Position numbers and translations under genes: made by a program. Source: a virus. Taken from it: a DNA stretch of 64,000 nt. Shown here in pieces: positions 32,404 to 41,441 of this stretch. Below the pieces are notes generated by a model. It was given only the letters and a program-made list of their open reading frames with translations, did not search any database and was not told the origin of the DNA. Location: positions 53,451 to 117,450 of IMG/VR virus record IMGVR_UViG_3300012971_000001. One strand, given 5' to 3'. How positions within the stretch are numbered: the stretch's first letter is position 1; each line of letters opens with the position of its first letter.

Positions 32404-33726
32404 ATGGATAGTGAGCTCAGACTACAGCTGCTGCGCGCGCTGGTCCGGGACCGTCAGTTTCTCAAGTCATCCTGGCGGGACGTAGATCCGACCACGTTTG
32501 CGGAGAAGGAAGAGCGCACGATTGCTAAGGCGGCCTTAGGCTTTTGGGAGAAGTACGAGTCGCCGATTGGACCTATGTTGCGATCGGCTATAGATGAAGA
32601 AATCTCCAAGAATGGGATGGCGGTTAAGACCAAGCAGAAGCTGAAGGACTTGGTCAATCTAATACAGGCGCAGAAGCTAGAGCCAGTTTCTCTATTAGCG
32701 CTGCAGGACAGAATAAAGTCACTAAAGCATAACTCGTTCTACGAAACAGCATTAGACGAAATCATTACCGCACACGAAGCCCACGAGTTCAACGTGGAGA
32801 TGCTTCGCGAAATAATCGAGAAGGCTGCGATCGAGTTACAGACTGGGAAAGTCGAAGCCAGAGACTATCTAGACCAGCTCGAGAACCGCATAACTCGACG
32901 CAACCATTGGGACGAATTGAAAAAGTACCCGATGCTGCTAATAGATCCATTGGATGAGAAGGTCCGATCTATTGGTCGCGGGCATATCGGCTTGTTACTC
33001 GCCCCGTACTCCAGTGGCAAGGGCTTAGCACTAGCATACATAGCTACAGCCTATGCAATGCAAGGCTTGAAGGTTCTCTTCATCACGCTAGAGGATCCTT
33101 TGGATCAAGTCGAGGATCGGCTTGATGCATCATTAACAGGGCTGCCGTTATCGCGGTTGCAACAGCTACCTAATCGACTTAGGAAAAGGTTCCGACGCAT
33201 CAAGAAGCAGATGCGTGGGCGTATCCATATTGTTGATGGCACAGAGGGTGGGTGGACACTTTCACAGATAGAAAAGTTATGGGAGCAAGAAAGGCAAGCA
33301 GGCTTCGTAGCCGACGTCATTATCATAGACTATGACGATGAAATAGAATGCGAGAAGCAGTTCAAAGGTGAAAGTGCAAGGAGGATGGAGTTTGCTTGGG
33401 TGTACCGCCGGATGAGAAGGATGGCAGCCAAGCTTGACGTAATACTCTGGACAGCCGCACAAGCTTCGAGAGGTGCTGAAGGTAAGCGTATTGTAACCGG
33501 CAAGGATACTGCAGAGGACATTTCCAAGGTGCGTAAGGTGACCTTTGCGATAGGTATTGGTGGAGATCCGAGGGAGGAGAACACGAAGACTCTGTATGTA
33601 ATCCGCCATCGCTTAGACCGTAGTAGATTCGCAGTAGATATAAAAACGAATTTCAGATGTGGATTGTTTTATGATAGAGAAGCCACCCTTGCCGCGAAAC
33701 GGCGCCCTCGCAGACCTGCAAGCTAG
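32404..33726 (+). CDS. dnaB: Replicative DnaB-like (SF4) helicase
   Basis: APYSSGKG Walker A, FITLE, IIIDYDD, WTAAQ. Confidence 0.88.
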   Translation: MDSELRLQLLRALVRDRQFLKSSWRDVDPTTFAEKEERTIAKAALGFWEKYESPIGPMLRSAIDEEISKNGMAVKTKQKLKDLVNLIQAQKLEPVSLLALQDRIKSLKHNSFYETALDEIITAHEAHEFNVEMLREIIEKAAIELQTGKVEARDYLDQLENRITRRNHWDELKKYPMLLIDPLDEKVRSIGRGHIGLLLAPYSSGKGLALAYIATAYAMQGLKVLFITLEDPLDQVEDRLDASLTGLPLSRLQQLPNRLRKRFRRIKKQMRGRIHIVDGTEGGWTLSQIEKLWEQERQAGFVADVIIIDYDDEIECEKQFKGESARRMEFAWVYRRMRRMAAKLDVILWTAAQASRGAEGKRIVTGKDTAEDISKVRKVTFAIGIGGDPREENTKTLYVIRHRLDRSRFAVDIKTNFRCGLFYDREATLAAKRRPRRPAS

Positions 33727-34198
33727 ATTCCTGAAGCACGTAGATAAGACGTCATCGCCAAAGGGATGTTGGCTGTGGGTTAGCTCTACGCGTGGTGGTG
33801 GTTATGGCAACATATCAATTCGCATGCCAGATGGACACATGGAGTGTCTTGCGCATCGAATAGCTTATATCTGGTGGATCGGCCCCATTCCAGCGGGAAA
33901 GGAAGTCTGTCATAGAGGATTTTGTAATAATCCACATTGCGTAAATCCTGATCACTTATACGCTGATACACATCAGCAGAATATGGCTGTTTCGATAGCT
34001 TTAGGCACGTTTAACTTTTTTCTGGTCAGAAGAGGTGAGCAGGTTCATGGCTCTAAGTTGACTGACTTGCAGGTTAGAGTAATTCGTGCTCTTGTTCGCA
34101 GAGGGATGATGCAGAAGAACGTTGCTAAGTGCTTTGGCTTAACACACGGCGCCGTGTGGAAAATAATTAGCCGAAAGACGTGGAAGCATGTTACTTAA
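33671..34198 (+). CDS. HNH endonuclease with HTH (copy 4)
   Basis: DKTSSPKGCWLW, CNNPHCVNPDHL, KLTDLQVRVIR, RKTWKHV. Confidence 0.9.
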   Translation: MIEKPPLPRNGALADLQARFLKHVDKTSSPKGCWLWVSSTRGGGYGNISIRMPDGHMECLAHRIAYIWWIGPIPAGKEVCHRGFCNNPHCVNPDHLYADTHQQNMAVSIALGTFNFFLVRRGEQVHGSKLTDLQVRVIRALVRRGMMQKNVAKCFGLTHGAVWKIISRKTWKHVT

Positions 34199-35150
34199 AG
34201 AGGTCTTAGAAGCAGCGGGCGTCGAGTACCACGAGTCAAGGTCCAAGAAATACGAAGTTACGATGAACTGCCCGTTCTGCGAGGAACGCGATGAGAGCCC
34301 GGACCACAGATACAGACTGGGACTCAACCTTGACCAGGGCCGGGGCCACTGTTTCAATTGCGACTGGAAATCCAACAGCTTCAGCTTCACGCTGCGAGAG
34401 TTCTGTCGCGTATTCGGCATCAAACGCAGAGTAGCACTGCGGGCAGCAGAGCCGGAAGTGAAAGAAGAAAAAGCACCGCAGATCACGGGCTGGCCGGTGG
34501 GATACGAGCCGTTTCTATTCGGGCAGAAGATGGAGCCGTTCGAGCACAAGGCGTACAGATATCTCCAGCTGCGGGGAGTGACCAAGCTACAGGTAGAACG
34601 CCATGAAATCGGCTATGCAGAAGTAGGGCCGTTTGCCGGTAGAATCGTGTTCCCGGTGATCGGGAAAAAGCATCGGATCTATGGTTGCGTGTCGAGGGCA
34701 GTCAGCCGCAGCCTGGAGCCGAAGTACCTGAACACGCCTGGTATCAAGCTGCTGTGGAATGCCTATCGCAAGGGCAAGCGTGCGGTGGTGGTCGAAGGGA
34801 TCATGGACGCACTGGCAGTCGAGCGCGCCGTACCCTGGACAGCAGAAACGGTAGCCGTAGCGCGGCTGGGCAGTGCTATCACCCGGCTGCAGCTCCACGC
34901 ATTGGCCAAGTATGAGGAAGTGGTCATTCTACCCGATTGGGATGTTCCGGGTGTCCAAGGGGCGGCGAAGCTTGCAACGATGCTGCTTGAGGGCGGAAAA
35001 CCGTCCAAAATATGCGTTCCCATCGTGATGGATGACCGGGACCCGGCTTCCATGGACCCGCTGGATATCGTGCTGGCAATAGACTCAGCAATCCCGTGGT
35101 CCCGTAATACTGAACGTAGACTGAGACTTGCAGCATCCCGCGCTGCATAG
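34188..35150 (+). CDS. dnaG: DNA primase (Zn finger + TOPRIM)
   Basis: CPFC..HCFNC, PKYLN, VVEGIMD and PDWD motifs. Confidence 0.9.
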   Translation: MLLKEVLEAAGVEYHESRSKKYEVTMNCPFCEERDESPDHRYRLGLNLDQGRGHCFNCDWKSNSFSFTLREFCRVFGIKRRVALRAAEPEVKEEKAPQITGWPVGYEPFLFGQKMEPFEHKAYRYLQLRGVTKLQVERHEIGYAEVGPFAGRIVFPVIGKKHRIYGCVSRAVSRSLEPKYLNTPGIKLLWNAYRKGKRAVVVEGIMDALAVERAVPWTAETVAVARLGSAITRLQLHALAKYEEVVILPDWDVPGVQGAAKLATMLLEGGKPSKICVPIVMDDRDPASMDPLDIVLAIDSAIPWSRNTERRLRLAASRAA

Positions 35151-35158
35151 GAGGACAG

Positions 35159-35722
35159 ATGAGCCATCTGGTCGAAGACGACAACAACATAGCAGTTCTG
35201 GAATTTATCCACTATATGTGCACGGCACGAGAGCCGGATGTGCTGGAAATGGGCGCGAAGCGTAGCAGGGCAGAAATCAGCACACTGCATAAATGGTGGA
35301 TACCGCATGCGAAGTCATTCACCGGCACAGACTTCGAGTACGGCTTTGATGTTGACGTGCTGGCAGATGCCCACAGCATGTCCAAGACGTGGAAAGAGCC
35401 TACGTTCGACGCCATCATTAGCTGTGCAGTGTTCGAGCACCTGGAAAAGCCGTGGATCGTAGCGGAAGAAATGGCCAAGATCCTCAAGCCCCGCGGTGCA
35501 GTGCTGGTGCAGACGCACCAGAGCTTCCCGTTGCATAGTTACCCGAACGACTACTGGCGCTTCTCAGCAGACGCAATGCGGGTGCTGTTCCATCGGGGCA
35601 TCGGCTTCGAAGTGAGAGAATCCGCTTATCAGTTTCCCTGTCGCATCGAAAGCGAGCGAGACCCCGGCGGGCGCAATCATCCTGCATATCTGAACATCAA
35701 CTGTTTCGCGGTGAAGCTCTAG
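35159..35722 (+). CDS. Class I SAM-dependent methyltransferase
   Basis: VLEMGA, DVLADAH, FDAII..VFEHL, LKPRG, PLHSYPNDYWRF. Confidence 0.85.
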   Translation: MSHLVEDDNNIAVLEFIHYMCTAREPDVLEMGAKRSRAEISTLHKWWIPHAKSFTGTDFEYGFDVDVLADAHSMSKTWKEPTFDAIISCAVFEHLEKPWIVAEEMAKILKPRGAVLVQTHQSFPLHSYPNDYWRFSADAMRVLFHRGIGFEVRESAYQFPCRIESERDPGGRNHPAYLNINCFAVKL

Positions 35723-35757
35723 CGTTGTACCTGCCCGGATTCTGTTATATTCTGTCA

Positions 35758-35907
35758 ATGGCTCCAAGCGCTGAATGCTGGCCCTGGAATAAAGCGCAGC
35801 AAGTCGTAGGGTGGAGCGGGGCACAGGCGATGGTGGTAGCCCAAAAGAGAGGCGGATCGGCCATCCGATTAGCATTCACCTGGATGGAGTACTAACGCCT
35901 CCCACCA
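35758..35907 (+). ncRNA. Candidate structured RNA/5' leader with kissing-loop potential
   Basis: Extended -10 (TGtTATATT) upstream; several nested helices; loop GAATGCTGG complementary to loop TTAGCATTC. Confidence 0.45.
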
Positions 35908-35918
35908 AAGGAAGAAAT

Positions 35919-36116
35919 ATGGATGCAGATGATCGTAATTATAAGCCGCAGAAAACGCTGGACGAGAGACTGGACGCTTTAACGCAGTCGGTTGAGCTGC
36001 TGGCAGAGATGCACAAAGCAAATGAGGTACGGATGGAGCGAATGGAGCGCTCAATTACCGCAGCGGCTGTGGCGTTTTTGCAGGAGTGGGCCAAGAAGAA
36101 CGGCAACGAGTCATGA
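35919..36116 (+). CDS. Small coiled-coil protein
   Basis: AAGGA SD; TLDERLDALTQSVELLAEMH. Confidence 0.65.
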   Translation: MDADDRNYKPQKTLDERLDALTQSVELLAEMHKANEVRMERMERSITAAAVAFLQEWAKKNGNES

Positions 36117-36319
36117 GCCGCCTGACGCAAGAAGAGATTGATGCCCTCAAGGGCACCGAAGAGTACGCCAGCGCATTTGCCACGGCATTGGAAATTCACA
36201 AGAAGGTGCACGACCCAAACGCCACGCATTTTCGTGACTGCATAGAATGCAAGAGCGGCTTTGCCCTGCTGCTGGGCGCCGGCCTACAGAAGCTAAAGAA
36301 TGAAGATAATCCTCATTGA
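36113..36319 (+). CDS. Small hypothetical protein
   Basis: ATGA coupling; H..H..CIEC possible Zn site. Confidence 0.6.
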   Translation: MSRLTQEEIDALKGTEEYASAFATALEIHKKVHDPNATHFRDCIECKSGFALLLGAGLQKLKNEDNPH

Positions 36320-37244
36320 CGCAAAGAACGCCCTGTTCCGATACGGCTGGGCGTTCAAAACGCTGCAGACGTCGGACGGCACTTACACCGGAGCCGTTTA
36401 CGGCATCCTGGGGCTGCTGCAGCGACTCAAGCGTCACCACAGCAACGCTCGCTTTGCGATGGTGTGGGATGGCGAGGGAAAGTCGTGGCGGCATGATTAC
36501 TGGGCGGGCTACAAGTCGAACAGAGTCAAGAACGGCCCCATAGCCGACGGAGTAAAGAGGATCCTTGCCCAGATATCGACCGTGACAGAAGCCACGACTA
36601 TGCTGGGCATACCGCAATTCCGGGTGCCTAGGCTGGAAGGCGACGATGCCATAGCGTTGGTAGCAAAGCGGCTGATCGGCGAAGACCACGAAGTAATCAT
36701 CTACAGCAGTGACAAAGACTTTCTGCAATTAATGCCGCTGGGCGTGAAAGTCATCCACAACGCTGAAGAGCCGGTGAACGTGGGATGGGTGAATTTAAAA
36801 TTCCGGTGCGCGCCGGACAAGGTGCTGCTGGTCCGGTCCATCGCCGGAGATCCATCGGACGCAATACCGGGCATACTCGAAGGCGTGGGCGTGGTTCGTG
36901 CAGCAGATATCATCAACGCCGGATGTAATCCCAGCTACAGCGATTTCGAGATGCATGACCTGCGGCTGCAGCGTGCATGGAAGCATCTAATTCCTCGATG
37001 GGATGAGATACACAGAAATTACACGCTGATGAAGCTGGTGGATTTCAACACGCTGCCGAAGCGTTATTCGGTAAGCGAATGCCATTGCATCGGCACTGCC
37101 ATTGAAGACTGTGTGAAGAGCCTGTTGAATTATTCTCCCGGCCACAGATACAGATCCTTTCTGCAGATGATGGGCGCGCTGGAGATGGCCCAATTTATTT
37201 CCGAAAGACACAGTCTGTGGCAGTTACAACGCCTGCCAAAATAG
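36300..37244 (+). CDS. 5'-3' exonuclease / flap endonuclease (T4 RNase H/PolI 5'-exo-like)
   Basis: IDAKN, WDG, YKSNR, EGDD, SSDKD, GDPSDAIPG..GVG. Confidence 0.92.
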   Translation: MKIILIDAKNALFRYGWAFKTLQTSDGTYTGAVYGILGLLQRLKRHHSNARFAMVWDGEGKSWRHDYWAGYKSNRVKNGPIADGVKRILAQISTVTEATTMLGIPQFRVPRLEGDDAIALVAKRLIGEDHEVIIYSSDKDFLQLMPLGVKVIHNAEEPVNVGWVNLKFRCAPDKVLLVRSIAGDPSDAIPGILEGVGVVRAADIINAGCNPSYSDFEMHDLRLQRAWKHLIPRWDEIHRNYTLMKLVDFNTLPKRYSVSECHCIGTAIEDCVKSLLNYSPGHRYRSFLQMMGALEMAQFISERHSLWQLQRLPK

Positions 37245-37642
37245 TGCGAAACATTCCTATAAAGCACGCATCGAAAAAAGCCTAAATCATAACTCGTTCC
37301 AAGCCCTTGATCTTGCAATAACGGAGTGTTACAGTACCGTTGTTCTGGTACGGGTTTCGATGTGTGTACAGTGCAAGTACAAGCCCGGTATATACGCGTT
37401 TTGTTGGTAGCAAGCGCATTCGCAACGCCGTAACCAAGCTGTAACGTTGACGTAGTGAGATCAAGATGAGAAAGGCTCAGAAGAATGTATCCTACATACA
37501 GACCAGCGTCGTCTGCAGTGACGCCTCATAGAAGATGCTCTACACCCGGATCGCGCAAAAAGCCTGGGGCACGGTTCGCGGGGCCTAGAATTTCCTAACC
37601 GATAATTTTGGGCTATACCAGGAAAAAGAAGAGCTTAATACT

Positions 37643-39142
37643 ATGATGTCTGAAAAGAAGATATCCCGTAATATAGCTAGCTGTACGGGGCTGATTATTT
37701 CGCGATCCCGGCAAACGTATGCTATGATTGCACCTGAACACAAGCGGCATATCGACCTTGAAGACGTAGTCCAGGAGGGCTATATAGCCGCGTTGGAGGC
37801 TGAGGCCTGCTTCCGGCCCCAAGGGGCAAAATTTTCCACGTTCCTATTTAATCGGTTGACGTTTCGGTACAACCACGAGTTTACCGGGAAGCTGACGCAG
37901 CAGAAGCGCACTTCGTATCTGGTCGAGCTCGATGCACCGCTGAGCGAGGACAGCGATCGAAAGCTGGAGCTGACGGATGACACGTTTACACCCGATTCGG
38001 ATGTAGATTGCGTCGAAGGCTTCATTAATGTATGTAGGCTTCTATCACCGGGAGCTGTGGTGTGGTTCATCGGAACGCTAGTGTCTAGCACACAGGAATG
38101 GGAGCGCATGGTTCCTACCAGCGGCGCACGCAGTGAGATACTGAGGAAAGAGGTTGCAGACGCGGTTAAGATGCAGGGGTACAGTAGGGATGACTATAGC
38201 GCATTACGCGGGAGCGAGCGGGCACAAAAAATGGCCTTGATTACTCTTGCACGGAATAGTAGCATTGGCTTGGGCACGGAACGAGATGCCCGGATACTGG
38301 AGTGTGTAGAGTGTCGTGGTCGCTTCGCTTTAGCAGCAATCCGCGCCGGTCGATACGTGGTACAGACCATGACCTGCGTGGCCTGCTATCAACAGATGCG
38401 GAAGGCAGACCCTGAGGAATCCTGTTTTGGCAAGTCAAAGACACCCGAACACGAAGGTTATTCGGAAAAAGATGTCGAGTGCACACTGCACTGTAGAGAC
38501 AGAAAGGTCTGCAGTCAGTTTATTTCAGAGGAGAAAGATACAATGAAGGAAAAGAAGAGCAAGAAGGCTGCAGAGGAAGTCGAGACTCCGGTGGCCGAGG
38601 AAGAAACAAAGAAAAACGGCAGCGGCAAGAAGAGCGCAGCCGCAGCTGCTCCGGCTGCCAAGCCGAGCAAGAAAGCAGCCAAGGTCGAGGTCGAGGAAGA
38701 GGACAGCGAAGACGTCGACATCGAGACCGGGGACGACGACGAGGAAGAGGAAGAGAAGCCCGTTGCTGCGAAAAAGGCAGCGAAGCAGCCCGGCAAGGTC
38801 GCCAAGATGGAGACCAAGACCGAAAAGCCCGCAAAGGCAGCGAAGACCGAGGGCAAGGCAGCTTCCAACGGCAACAAGGAATATCCGGCGCCGAGTGAGG
38901 TGGTCCGGTGGCCGCACAAGACCGGCTCGTGGATGCAGTACTGTTTCCAGCGCGCCTACAAGGGTGTCAAGGCTACCGAGCTGGAGAACGAGACCAACGA
39001 GAGCGGTCGCAAGTGGGCCATCTTTTTGAAGGTGCTCCGCGGCGGCAAGTCCGGTATGAAGCGGCCGACGCATACGTGGCGTCTGGATGAGACCGGCGGA
39101 CGACTCAAGATCGGCGACGTGAAGTATTTGGGCGGTGAATAG
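37643..39142 (+). CDS. Sigma-70 region 2-like factor fused to a Cys-rich domain and a K/A/E-rich tail
   Basis: IDLEDVVQEGYIAALEA..F..GAKFSTF; CVEC, CVAC and C..HC..C; probable internal start at 38543. Confidence 0.75.
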   Translation: MMSEKKISRNIASCTGLIISRSRQTYAMIAPEHKRHIDLEDVVQEGYIAALEAEACFRPQGAKFSTFLFNRLTFRYNHEFTGKLTQQKRTSYLVELDAPLSEDSDRKLELTDDTFTPDSDVDCVEGFINVCRLLSPGAVVWFIGTLVSSTQEWERMVPTSGARSEILRKEVADAVKMQGYSRDDYSALRGSERAQKMALITLARNSSIGLGTERDARILECVECRGRFALAAIRAGRYVVQTMTCVACYQQMRKADPEESCFGKSKTPEHEGYSEKDVECTLHCRDRKVCSQFISEEKDTMKEKKSKKAAEEVETPVAEEETKKNGSGKKSAAAAAPAAKPSKKAAKVEVEEEDSEDVDIETGDDDEEEEEKPVAAKKAAKQPGKVAKMETKTEKPAKAAKTEGKAASNGNKEYPAPSEVVRWPHKTGSWMQYCFQRAYKGVKATELENETNESGRKWAIFLKVLRGGKSGMKRPTHTWRLDETGGRLKIGDVKYLGGE

Positions 39143-39176
39143 CTGTAGAACTCCTGGATGCGCACTTGGGCACACT

Positions 39177-39220
39177 CGCCTGTCCTGGATTCAGAAATGG
39201 ATTCAGGGCAGGCGGTTTTT
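39177..39220 (+). terminator. Intrinsic terminator
   Basis: cgcctgtcctggat...attcagggcaggcg followed by gTTTTTT. Confidence 0.8.
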
Positions 39221-39289
39221 TATGACTAGTAGTCAGTTGAATGGTCAAGCTTATGTGTTATTGTTGGGGCCTAGACGTGGAAGCTCATC

Positions 39290-39553
39290 ATGGATAAACG
39301 GGTATATCTGGTTTTGCTCAAATGTGCACATCATCATATCGTCGGCGTAGCGATGACGCTCACTTCAGAGGAAGCTACAACTGCACAGAAAAGACTAACT
39401 GCGTGGAGCAAGAACTGTCGCTGTAATCTGTGCGGTTCTGGTCTGACGACAACCTTAGAGGCCACCGAATTTTACACGGTGGAACAGGCGAGACCGTCGC
39501 TCGCAATGCGAGCTGCAATTGAAAAGATTTCACATAGTGCTGCTGTGAACTGA
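39290..39553 (+). CDS. Small Zn-ribbon-like protein
   Basis: CAHHH and CNLC; 87 aa. Confidence 0.5.
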   Translation: MDKRVYLVLLKCAHHHIVGVAMTLTSEEATTAQKRLTAWSKNCRCNLCGSGLTTTLEATEFYTVEQARPSLAMRAAIEKISHSAAVN

Positions 39554-39564
39554 AAGTCAAAATA

Positions 39565-39845
39565 GAACCGACGCGGTCGCGTGGGCAACGAAGATAGCTT
39601 TGTTCGATTTCGCAACTGGTCGGCTTTAATCGGGTTTTTGTCCTACGAGAGCAAGTTAGTCTACATACGTTGGGCTGAGTTGATTTTGTGAATCAATTTG
39701 TTTCAATCTGGGCGTGCAGCATCGGGGAACGGCAAGGGGAAGCTTTCGGAACTGAGCCTTCGAAGGTTTTCGCTACCAAACCTAGCCCAATGTGCCCCGC
39801 TCTACTAGGCCCCAATGGCTACGATGTGGCCGTTGGGGCTTTTAG
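39565..39845 (+). ncRNA. Candidate structured RNA ending in an intrinsic terminator
   Basis: Hairpin 39565-39625; helix 39666-76/39784-94; terminator gccccaatggc..gccgttggggc TTTT. Confidence 0.45.
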
Positions 39846-39875
39846 TTTAAATGTGGGGACGTGGGAAACTCATAG

Positions 39876-40850
39876 ATGAAGTTATTTTTCAGCGGCTGGC
39901 AAGCCACTAACAAGCAACGTGAATCAGCAGTGATCAAAGCCGGGGCCATCCGGCATAGATGTTTCTCGTTCGCCATGATTCAGAAGCTGCCCGGACTGCC
40001 ATACTACTTACCGAGGCTGCAAGGTGCTTATGACGCATGTCGCAAGCACGGCATCGGAATCATGTTCGATTCCGGCGTGGTCAGCTGGCGCTCGCACAGG
40101 GCTACATTGCGCAAGCAGGGCAAGGATATCTCCAAGCTGCCGGACGAAAAGACGTTTATCAAGCTGTATGTCGACCATGTGAAGCAGCATAGAAAAGAGT
40201 GGGACAAGGTCGACAGCGGGATGGACTCGATGTATTTCACCATCGACTTGGAACGCAATGCAGAAGATATCTTCCGGCGCCATTACGAGATAGTGAAGAT
40301 GGGAATCAATCCGGTGCCAGTGTTCCACGGCGACAGCTCGCTGGACATACTCAGGCGCTACGCAGACAAGGGCTGCACGCTGATCGGGCTGGCATCGTGG
40401 CGCACCATCAGAACGCAGCAGAAGCAGTTTCGAGCCTACTTCGACGGATGCTTTGACTTGGGTGAAAAGCTTGGCATTCGTTTTCATGGCTTAGCTATGA
40501 CGGCGAGTTGGTTGATGCTAACCTACCCCTGGTATTCCACCGATTCCAGCTCCTGGTCACGCGTGGCAGGCTACGGCTCGATCATGTGGTTCGATGAGCA
40601 CAAGCAGCGGATGAGTGCCTTTCACATCTCAGATAGACATAGCGAAGGCAAAAGCACAGCAGCGAAGATGAATCCTATCATCATGGGCCGTGTGAAAGAA
40701 TGGGTTGAGCATGAGGGCTTTGATTTCAAAGAGCTGCAGACAGACTTTGTTCAGCGTCATATCTGGAATGGCAAGCAAATGCTAAAGCTGGTAGATGCAG
40801 CTGACAAAAGACATAGTAACGGTGTGGGACAATGGCAGTCGCTTTTTTAA
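39876..40850 (+). CDS. dpdA: TGT-like DNA-guanine transglycosylase (DpdA-like)
   Basis: MFDSG, TID, PVPVFHG, FHGLA and PWYSTDSSSW motifs of the TGT fold; clustered with folE and queD. Confidence 0.72.
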   Translation: MKLFFSGWQATNKQRESAVIKAGAIRHRCFSFAMIQKLPGLPYYLPRLQGAYDACRKHGIGIMFDSGVVSWRSHRATLRKQGKDISKLPDEKTFIKLYVDHVKQHRKEWDKVDSGMDSMYFTIDLERNAEDIFRRHYEIVKMGINPVPVFHGDSSLDILRRYADKGCTLIGLASWRTIRTQQKQFRAYFDGCFDLGEKLGIRFHGLAMTASWLMLTYPWYSTDSSSWSRVAGYGSIMWFDEHKQRMSAFHISDRHSEGKSTAAKMNPIIMGRVKEWVEHEGFDFKELQTDFVQRHIWNGKQMLKLVDAADKRHSNGVGQWQSLF

Positions 40851-41428
40851 GGTCAGCTTGGCCTTGGGCTGCTGAACATTTGCCATCATTTTTGGCAAAG
40901 TTTTTGTCGCACGTACAGATTGTAGATGATGCTGATAGTTGCTGGCCTTGGCAAGCTAATAGAGATAGCGATGGTTACGGCTATTGCTCTCTGGTATATG
41001 ATGATTTAGCTTTTTTCAAGGCACATAGAATTTCTCTTTTCCTTGCTAGTGGTGCTGTTAAAGATATTCGTAATGTTGTTAGGCATAGCTGCGATAATCC
41101 GCCTTGTGTGCGTCCAAAGCACTTACTTGAAGGGACGCATCAAGATAATGCTAGGGATCGCGATTCGAGAGGCCGTGCTGCTTGGCAAAATGGGAATGCC
41201 GGATGGCAGATAGATCCAAATTGGAATAGCTGGCTAATCGGAGGTAGGCATGCTCCAAAAGGCGAAGCACACTACAAAGCAACGCTGACAGAGCTACGCG
41301 TCAGATGCATACGAGCTATGCACAGACGTGGCTACGGATATAGACGCTTATCTGTAATATTCTCAGTGCCCAGAGGTACCGTTCGATGTGTAGTTACACG
41401 AAAGAATTGGAAACGCGTTCGTTGGTAA
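40832..41428 (+). CDS. HNH endonuclease with HTH (copy 5, more divergent)
   Basis: CWPW, AHR, RHSCDNPPCVRPKHL..DN, TLTELRVR, RKNWKRV. Confidence 0.9.
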   Translation: MAVAFLRSAWPWAAEHLPSFLAKFLSHVQIVDDADSCWPWQANRDSDGYGYCSLVYDDLAFFKAHRISLFLASGAVKDIRNVVRHSCDNPPCVRPKHLLEGTHQDNARDRDSRGRAAWQNGNAGWQIDPNWNSWLIGGRHAPKGEAHYKATLTELRVRCIRAMHRRGYGYRRLSVIFSVPRGTVRCVVTRKNWKRVRW

Positions 41429-41441
41429 GGGAACCCTAATC

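Noticed and set aside
39720-39805. Cobalamin riboswitch- or 6S-like motifs (GGGAA..GCCCCGC)
   Set aside because: Spacing and conserved boxes do not match; kept only as an unassigned structured RNA
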